From Acidobacteriota bacterium (GTDB lineage Bacteria; Acidobacteriota; UBA890; WLXD01), in the NCBI GenBank assembly GCA_963666055.2, contig CAXWPH010000014.1, positions 448,001 through 512,000 on the forward strand: a stretch of DNA of 64,000 bases, read 5' to 3'. Made by a program: the position numbers and the translations under genes. The notes under the pieces are model-generated. The model was not told the DNA's origin, ran no database searches, and saw nothing but the letters and a program-made list of their open reading frames with translations. Numbering within the stretch: the first letter of the stretch is position 1; each line of letters starts with the position of its first letter. Positions 56,360 through 64,000 of this stretch are shown piece by piece.

Positions 56360-59300
56360 CTACGCAGCTTCGTAGGTGATCGAGAAGATCGTGTCCGTCA
56401 GCCACCGGCGGAACGACTCGTTGTCGCTGAACTGCTTGAACAGCTCCGTGTCGTCTTTCAGCAACGCCGTCATCACCCGCCGGAGCGCCTTGTCGTGCTC
56501 GATCCGCGCGTTCTGCTTGTCGGAGTTCTGCTTGGCGTTCTGGTAAGCACTGTCGGCCGCCACGCGGTTCGGGATGTCCTCCGTGATAAGTCGGTGGACG
56601 CGGTCGCCATCGGTCCAGGGGATGTTCCCGAACTGGTCGTTGAAGGTCTTGAGGATGTTCGAGAGGCGGTCGAGCTCGGGTTCCGGCCTGTGACCAGCGC
56701 CGGTACCCGGGACCGGCTCGATCTCGGCCTCCTCGTCCGCCAGTTGGACCTGTCTCGCTGCCTTCTTCTCGACCCGGTAGCTGTCCATGTCGATGAGCTC
56801 AAGAATGCCTTGGGACAGATCCTCTTGCACCGGTGCGGGGAGCTTCGGCACCAGGAAGTTCAGGAAGATAGAGAGCTTCTCCCACTCGGCGTTCGTGTAA
56901 GGCAGGATCGAGGCCAGAAAGCCGTACACGCGCCCGAACGCCTTGGCCGTGCCCTTGAAGTCCACCTGCTCGTCCTCGTCCAACTGCTCCTTGTAGACCG
57001 CTACGCAGGCGTCGAGGATGGGGTCGAGCCGGTCGCGGTCGGCCCCTTCCAGGTAGAGCGTCACGAGCTGGTCGATCTGCGCGTTGGCATACACCTGATA
57101 ACCGTCGAGCGCCGCCTTGAGGTCGTGCAGCTTGTTGGGGTCGGTCTCCTCGCTGAGGATCGTCGTGCGGTAGTAATCAGCGAACGCCTCTTGGATGGCG
57201 TCGGCATCGTTCATGAAGTCGAGGACGAACACGTCGTGTTTCTTCGGGTGCGCCCTGTTGAGACGCGACAGCGTCTGCACCGCCTTGATCCCGGACAAGA
57301 TCTTGTCCACGTACATCGTGTGCAACAGCGGCTCGTCGTACCCGGTCTGGAACTTGTCGGCACAAATGAGGAACCGATAAGGGTCGTGCTGGATCTCGTC
57401 GGCGATCCGCCCGGAGGGGAAGCCGTTCAGGGATGCCTCACTGACCTGCGCCCCGCCATACTCGTGCTCGCCTGAGAACGCGACGATGGCCTGATGCGGA
57501 CTCTTGCGCTCCACGAGGTACTGCCGGATCGCGTGGTAGTACTGGATTGCGCGCTGGATGCCGCTTGTCACCACCATCGCGCGTGCGTTGCCACCGATCT
57601 TGTTGAGCGCCAGCACCTGTTCGTGAAAGTGGTCCACCATGATCTCGGCCTTGAGCTGGATGGCATGCTCATGGCTCTCGACATAGCGGCGCAGCTTCTT
57701 CCGGGCGCGCTTGTTGTCGAATTCTGGATCACCCTCGATCTTCTTGATGAGCTTGTAGTAGCTCTCGACCGGCGTGTAGTGCTGCAGCACGTCCAGGATG
57801 AAGCCCTCCTGGATCGCCTGCTTCATGGTGTAGCTGTGGAAGGAGCGGTGCTTGCTCTGCCCGCCCGCGCCGTACGCCTCGCCGAAGATCTCCAGCGTCT
57901 TGTTCTTGGGCGTGGCGGTGAAGGCAAAGTAGCTCGCGTTCGGCAGGAGCTTCCGCGCCGCCATGATGCGGTTGATCCTGTCCTCGGTGGTCTCCTCCTC
58001 CTGCTCGGCGCCCGCCTCCGAAAGCGCCATATGGACCGCCGCTGCGGTCTTGCCGCCCTGGCTCGAATGCGCCTCGTCGATAAGGATGGCGAAGCGCCGG
58101 CCCCGCTGCTCGTTGCCGATCTCATCGAGGATGAACGGGAACTTCTGCACCGTCGAGATGATGATCTTCTTGCCGCTCTCGATAAACGCGCGGAGATTTG
58201 CCGAGCGTTTGGCATGCCCGACGGTGGCCCCGACTTGGGCGAACTGCTTGATCGTGTCGCGGATCTGCTGGTCGAGGATGCGTCGGTCCGTGACCACGAT
58301 GATGGAGTCGAACACCTCCGCGTCGTCTTTACGTAGCCCGATCAACTGGTGCGCAAGCCAGGCGATGGAGTTGGACTTGCCGCTACCGGCCGAATGCTGG
58401 ATGAGATACTGCTTCCCTGCGCCGTGCTGGCAAGTATCGGCCAAGAGTCGACGCACCACGTCGAGCTGGTGGTAGCGTGGCCAGATCTGCACCCTCCTCT
58501 TCTTGCCTGTCTTGTCATCCTTGGTCTGGACGATCTGGGCGTAGTTTTCCAGGATGTTGGTCAGGCTGTCGCGGGTGAGCAGGCGCTTCCAGAGGTAGTC
58601 GGTCTTAATCCCGTTCGGGTTCGGCGGGTTGCCAGCGCCGTCGTTCCAACCCCGGTCGAACGGCAGGAACCAGGACTTCTTGCCGGCGAGATGTGTACAG
58701 AAGCGCACCTCGTTGTCGTCCACAGCGAAGTGGGCCACGCAGCGGCCGAGCTCGAACAGCTTCTCGCGCGGGTCGCGGTCACGCTTGTACTGCTGCACGG
58801 CATCCTGGACTGTCTGCTTGGTGAGGCTATTCTTCAGCTCGAACGTGGCGACCGGCAGGCCGTTGATGAACAGGCCGAGGTCGAGCGCGAGCTGGGTCTC
58901 ATCGCGGCTGTAGCGGAGCTGGCGCGTGACCGAGAAGCGGTTCTGTGCGTAGCGTTCAGCGGCGAGAGGGTTATCGGTAGACGGGGTGCCATGGAACAGG
59001 TCCAGGTCATGCGCCCCGTGCTTTGAGGCCGTGGCGCAGCACGTCGATGGTGCCGCGCTTGCTGATCTCGCCTTGGAGGCGCGCCAGGAACTTCCGGCGC
59101 GCTGGCCCGTCGTCTTCCAGGTGCAGCCCCTCGAACGCATCCGGTTGCGTTGCCACGAGGAACGCCCGCAGCTGCGCCGGATCGACCGTGTACTCCCGGT
59201 CGTACTCGTTGGGGTGGCCGCAGATCCATCCGGCCCCACCCGAAGGGGCGGCGTCTTCACCTTCCAAACCTGCCTGCGCCAACGCGGCATCGCAGGCACT

Positions 59301-59360
59301 GCCGGTCAAGGCGGTGCAGATCAACCGTTCGAGTCCGCGTTCGCTAGTGTCGGTTGTCAC
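56360..59360 (-). CDS. hsdR: Type I restriction subunit R (frameshift near 59023)
   Basis: TDTSERGLE start, FELKN, QHSAGSGKS, DEAH, TATP, KFQTGYDEP, QTLSRLNR; one extra A joins the two ORFs. Confidence 0.88.
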
Positions 59361-60848
59361 ACTGCGGCCTTCTCGGGGGTGGCGAGACCTTCGGTGGGCT
59401 CTTGCTCGCCGTTGATGAGGGCTTCAGCCTCGTCGAGGGACTCGGGCTCCTCGGCCTCATCCGGTAGCCGGGATGCCGCCTCCCGAACGTCGAGCTTGCC
59501 GGTGACAACGTCGGCGATGAGGCGGGTGCGATATTCCCGGAGAAGGCTAGTCTCGTGCTCTGCGCGGGCAGCTGCCCGGTCGATGTCGGCAGTTAGTTCG
59601 GAAACCGCACGGAGAAGTTCCTCCTGCTTCCCCAACCGACGGAAACAAAATCGGAAAGGCACGCAACGTGCTGCTGTTAGTGGAGGCGAGGTTCGTGGTC
59701 TGTTTCGCGGTGAGTTGGAAGTAACTGCGTCCGAGCTGCGAAGCCATGAGGCCCACCAAGAACTCAGGCAGCACGTCCTTCTGCTGACAACGAACCGCGA
59801 ACACGTGGTTCTGGTGTAAGCATTCCGCTACTTCGCCACCCCAAACGCAGCCACGCCCGAGCTTGTCGATGTCGCCCCCTTCGGTCATCAAGACATCCCC
59901 CGCCTGAAGGGTGGAACGCTGCGCTGCAGCAGGTGGAACATCCAGTTGCTTGACGTGCTGAAGATCAAGACGACCACTCTGGACGTTCGCTACTCTGAGA
60001 TACGGGTAGGATTCAGTATCACTGCCTCGATAGTTCTTCCCCAGCGTCAGCCCCGTCTGAACAGCGGCTACATCCTTAAGCCTGGTGACTTCCCAATGCT
60101 CCGGCACCTCCCCCAGCCACTCGACGCCGGAGGGCTTGTAGGCCGGGTAAGGCTGGCCGGTTCGGACGTCGATCTGGCCTGTGACGGCCTGGTGGATGAG
60201 GGCCTGCTTCTGCTCTTGTAGCAGCGTGATCAGCTTCTGCTTGGCGCGGATATAGTGCTGGATGCGCCGGTCGGCGTAGTCGAGATAGCGGACGATGGCG
60301 GCTTGCTCGGGGAGGGGTGGAAAAGCAACAGGCTCGCCTAGGTAAGAAGACGAGTCGAGGTTCTGTATCCCCGTCGTTTGCTTGATCGAGCGAACGTTGA
60401 GTCGGATGGCGTAAAGGTGCGAGTGCAGGTACGTCAGGTAGCTTGAGTCACAATGAGCGGAAACCAGCATCAGGGCGACGAAGTTCGAGCACACCGCCTC
60501 AACATCGTGGTCATATAAAATCACTACGCCTACCGGCTGCAGGTTGCCTCCACCAGACTTCTCCAAGAGCAGGTCGCCTTGCTTCAACAAGCGACGGTTT
60601 CGCTCGTTCGGCGCTATTGCTCGAAGCGTGGGGTTCTCCAGTTTTACGCGCAAACGGACCCGATCAAAGTCTGCGACACGTACGCAAGGCAGGTCCTCGC
60701 GGCCGTTTGGATCATTTCCCCAGATCCCGTTGATACACCCGTGAACGGAGGTCCCCAACCGCCGCACATCCCAGTGCTCTGGAACCGCCCCCAGCCACTG
60801 CACGCCGGAGTCCTTCATTGAGGGATAGGGCTTGAGGTCAGCGATCAC
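59357..60848 (-). CDS. hsdS: Type I specificity subunit (frameshift near 59631)
   Basis: KDSGVQWLG, PPLPEQAAI, two TRDs, LIADVVTGKLDVR after a shift in a G4 run. Confidence 0.88.
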
Positions 60849-62950
60849 GCTTCGGCCTCTCCGTTACCCATCTGCTTCTCGAAAGCTTGACGCACGAGGC
60901 CCATCACGTAGGGCACCTCGTCCAGCGTGCTCAAGCCCACCTCCGCGTCGCCGTTGCCCCATCGGCCGATGTTCGTCACGTCCTTGGCCAAGCCTCTGGG
61001 ATCGTGTAGCTCGTGGAAGTGCAGGTTGAGCGAAAGGCGTAGGCGGCTCTTTTGCGGCACCACGTCCACGAAGTTGGTCTCGGCCTTGTAGGCGACGTAG
61101 AGCTTCAGCATCTCTTCGCTGACGCAAGGGTCGAGCGTCAAGACCTCCTTACGGAACATCTCGAATAGCGGCCGCATAGGACTGTCCGCGGCGAGATACA
61201 GGTGGTCGTCCAGGGTGTAGCCGGGGAGGCGTTCCACCTTCGGGCGGTATGTCTCCAGTACCTCGGGCGACAGCGCGGGGGGCGCCCAGACTTGCGTGGC
61301 CTGCTCCGCGAGCCGCCTTGCCCGCCTCCGGATGGCGCCTTCGTTCCAGGTGTCCAAGGCACCGAGACCCTCGTTGAGCCGAAGCGGGCTCTCTTTGAAG
61401 CCGCCTTGCATGTCGCGCTTGTCCCCGAACTTCCGGTCGCTGTACTCGGCGTTGTAGCCAGTGAGCGTGAGGTTGCCAAGGGTATGCAGCCAGGTCTCTT
61501 GCAGGCGCTGCCACTCCGGGCCGAGTGCCTCACGCCACGTTGCCGAGAGGTTCTCGTTCTGCGGCAGGATGTGCTCGATGGTGTACTCGTGCACCGGCAC
61601 GCGCTCCTTGCGGCCATAGTTTTCCAGACGGCGCAGCCAGTAGCTCCGACTCCGGAAGTTGTAGAGGTCGCGCGCGGACAGCTCGCGCTTGAACTCCCCG
61701 TCGAGCGGAAAGCGTCGGTAGGACGGCAGAGCGAGGAAGTGCGCCTGGATGCTCTCGATGTAGCGGTCCTTCTGGAGCACACGTCCGAAGGTGGCGAAGG
61801 TCTTGTTGAGCGAGTTGGTGGGAATGGCACACACTGCCCGGCGGAACACGTAGGCTTCGACCAGCCGCACGGCCCGGACGAAGTCTTCCTTCCGGAGCCG
61901 GCCCTGCGCGTAGTCGTCGTATAGCTCCAGGAGGAATGGAAAGGCCACCTCCACCTTCAGCTCGCGGAGATCCTGGAACGCTGGCGCGAGGTCCTTTTCA
62001 GGCTCCTTGCCGAGCGCCATCGCGCAGTAATAATCAGCGTAGGCGTGGATGTCGCCGACCAGGGCGTCCACGCCGGCTGCTGCTACATCGGGCGAGTGTG
62101 CGTGGCCCTTGAAGGCTTCGTAGACGGCCTTGATGTTCGGGATCTCGCCGGTCTTGAGCGTCAAGTAGTGACGCATGAAGCGGTCGAAGTGCTTGCCGTA
62201 GTGCTCCTGCCCAAAGGCGACCTCCATCGGCCGCCAGTGCTCCTCGTAGAGGCTCGTCTGCTGGGCAGTGTCCAGACCCATCAGGATGAAGTTGCGGATC
62301 AGGTCAGCCTGACTCAGCGCGCGGCCAGTCGAGTTCATGCTCTCGAAGATGAGCTGCGGGTTGTCCTGATCGCGGCTGAGGGCGATGTCCACGATCATGA
62401 GCTTTGCGAGCCCCTTGCACAGCGGCGCAAAGTCGGCGCCAACCGCCTGCACCCGCTTCTCGAAGAAGGCGAAGTTCTCCATGATGCGGAGCGAGGGGTC
62501 GGCCGGCTGCGGTTTCTGCTGCATCAGGGCGAGCAGGCTCTGCTTGTCCGTCTGGGTGAGGAGGAGCTTGAAGCCGCGCTCTCCCTCTTCCAGCGGGTTG
62601 AGCAGATAGTAGCTGCGTAGCTTCTTCGCCGAGAAACCGTCCACGGGCTCCCCGTTACCCACGCGCTTCGCTAGAGCTTCGAGAATGAGCATCACGGTCG
62701 TCAGGCGCTGCTGACCGTCGATGACGAGCAACACCGACTGGCTGGAGACCTGATAGAGCCCCTCTTCGATGTAGACAATGGAGCCGACGAAGTGGGCCGC
62801 GATATCCTCGTCTCTCCCCGTCCGCAGGATGTCGTCCCAGAGCTGACGGCACTCGCTCTCCGTCCAGCTATAGGTGCGCTGGTAGATGGGGATGACGAAC
62901 TGTGGTGACTTCTTGAGGAAGTCGAGGAACTTGACTTCGGTGGCCTTCAT
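60845..62950 (-). CDS. GmrSD-like DUF262 + DUF1524 (HNH) nuclease with a C-terminal DUF5655-like domain
   Basis: IPIYQRTYSW, IDGQQRLTT, FESMNSTG, TIEHILPQ, LGNLTL. Confidence 0.88.
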   Translation of the reverse strand: MKATEVKFLDFLKKSPQFVIPIYQRTYSWTESECRQLWDDILRTGRDEDIAAHFVGSIVYIEEGLYQVSSQSVLLVIDGQQRLTTVMLILEALAKRVGNGEPVDGFSAKKLRSYYLLNPLEEGERGFKLLLTQTDKQSLLALMQQKPQPADPSLRIMENFAFFEKRVQAVGADFAPLCKGLAKLMIVDIALSRDQDNPQLIFESMNSTGRALSQADLIRNFILMGLDTAQQTSLYEEHWRPMEVAFGQEHYGKHFDRFMRHYLTLKTGEIPNIKAVYEAFKGHAHSPDVAAAGVDALVGDIHAYADYYCAMALGKEPEKDLAPAFQDLRELKVEVAFPFLLELYDDYAQGRLRKEDFVRAVRLVEAYVFRRAVCAIPTNSLNKTFATFGRVLQKDRYIESIQAHFLALPSYRRFPLDGEFKRELSARDLYNFRSRSYWLRRLENYGRKERVPVHEYTIEHILPQNENLSATWREALGPEWQRLQETWLHTLGNLTLTGYNAEYSDRKFGDKRDMQGGFKESPLRLNEGLGALDTWNEGAIRRRARRLAEQATQVWAPPALSPEVLETYRPKVERLPGYTLDDHLYLAADSPMRPLFEMFRKEVLTLDPCVSEEMLKLYVAYKAETNFVDVVPQKSRLRLSLNLHFHELHDPRGLAKDVTNIGRWGNGDAEVGLSTLDEVPYVMGLVRQAFEKQMGNGEAEA

Positions 62951-64000
62951 CGGGCATTTCCCCCAATGATTTCCTCCAACAGGCCGTCCGTTTCCTGCTC
63001 CAGCGCCAGGATGTCGGCGCGGATCTCCTTGAGCGAACGCATCGGCGTCGGCTTGTAGAAGTAACGGGTAAAGCTGATCTCGTAGCCAATCTTCACGCTG
63101 CCCGGGACGTACCAGGCGTCGGCCGCGTAAGAGAGTACCTCGCGGCGCAGGAACGCCTCGACGCCGCCCTGCTCCAGTAGCGGCACCTGCTCGGTGTCCC
63201 GCAGATCGGTGTCCGGCTCGTACTCGACCACGCACTGCTTCTTGCTGATGGTCACCTCGAACAGGCCGACCAGTGGGTTGGGTTCAACGCCTCGCTTGTG
63301 GATCTTCTTGATGACGGGCGGTGCACTCTCGTCCCGCTCGGCGGTCTCCTTGAGGGCCTTGATCTCCTTTGCCGCGTAGGCTCGGTCGGGGTCGGTCCCC
63401 GTGAGCCGGAGGGGTCGCTCGACCTTCACCTTCCGGTACCCGAAGGCGGCGTTCGGGAAAATCTTGGACTGCTCGGTCTCCTCGAAGGCCAGGAACGCGT
63501 CGCAGATGCAGGTGATGTCCTCCTCGGACAGCTCGCAGTTCTTCTTGCCCAGGTTCTTGCGCAGCGGCTTGAACCACTGCGTGGCGTCGATGAGCTGGAC
63601 CTTGCCGCGTCGATGGGCAGGTTTTCGGTTCGTCAGCACCCAGATGTAGGTGGCGATGCCGGTGTTGTAGAACATGTTCAGCGGCAACGCGACGATCGCC
63701 TCCAGCCAGTCCTTCTCGATGATCCAGCGGCGGATGTTGCTCTCTCCCTGCCCGGCGTTGCCCGTGAACAGGGAGCTGCCGTTGTGGACCTCGGCAATAC
63801 GGCTCCCCAGCGGCGTGCCGTGCTTCATCTTCGAGAGCATGTTCGCCAGAAACAGCATCTGACCGTCGCTGGAGCGGGTGATGAGCGAGTACTCGGCATC
63901 ACCGTCGTGTTGGATCAGAAAGCGCGGGTCCTTGATGCCCGCCTTGCCGCCCAGGCGCTCCAGGTCACTCTTGTAGCTCTTGCCGTAGGGCGGGTTGGAA
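62947..64000 (-). CDS. hsdM: Type I methyltransferase subunit (5' part outside the window)
   Basis: SNPPYGK at the window edge, SDGQMLFL, FYNTGIATY, GYEISFTRYFY. Confidence 0.93.
   Translation of the reverse strand, partial: SNPPYGKSYKSDLERLGGKAGIKDPRFLIQHDGDAEYSLITRSSDGQMLFLANMLSKMKHGTPLGSRIAEVHNGSSLFTGNAGQGESNIRRWIIEKDWLEAIVALPLNMFYNTGIATYIWVLTNRKPAHRRGKVQLIDATQWFKPLRKNLGKKNCELSEEDITCICDAFLAFEETEQSKIFPNAAFGYRKVKVERPLRLTGTDPDRAYAAKEIKALKETAERDESAPPVIKKIHKRGVEPNPLVGLFEVTISKKQCVVEYEPDTDLRDTEQVPLLEQGGVEAFLRREVLSYAADAWYVPGSVKIGYEISFTRYFYKPTPMRSLKEIRADILALEQETDGLLEEIIGGNAR

Noticed and set aside
1-64000. CRISPR array, cas genes, rRNA or reverse transcriptase
   Set aside because: No regularly spaced repeat-spacer array or corresponding motifs were seen by eye.

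Overview
High-GC bacterial DNA, probably Acidobacteriota (inferred from the ADOP-type ABC permeases with PadR and the eukaryotic-like Ser/Thr kinase fragments). The window is a mosaic of intact accessory genes and gene fragments. The best finding is at the far left. A signal-peptide-bearing MerB (organomercurial lyase)-like gene (198-1058) is split in the ORF track because both catalytic Cys positions are in-frame UGA codons. Each UGA is followed by a hairpin with the same GGUC loop at nearly the same spacing, so this is a candidate exported protein with two selenocysteines, lying downstream of a TlpA-like gene. The window also holds a Cyc2-like cytochrome-porin under a perfect 29-bp palindromic operator, and an integrated capsid-less phage-satellite-like element (integrase, NrS-1-like primase-polymerase/helicase, terS-like, terL, a second TOPRIM primase-helicase, two ori-like repeat regions). 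Other content: three tRNA 3' fragments (Thr, fMet, Leu) that look like att relics, two type I R-M loci carrying different defence genes between hsdM and hsdS (AbiE; GmrSD-like), an IS6, an RND system, a formyl-CoA transferase cluster and assorted hydrolases/oxidoreductases. All assignments come from motif recognition by eye; no searches were run.
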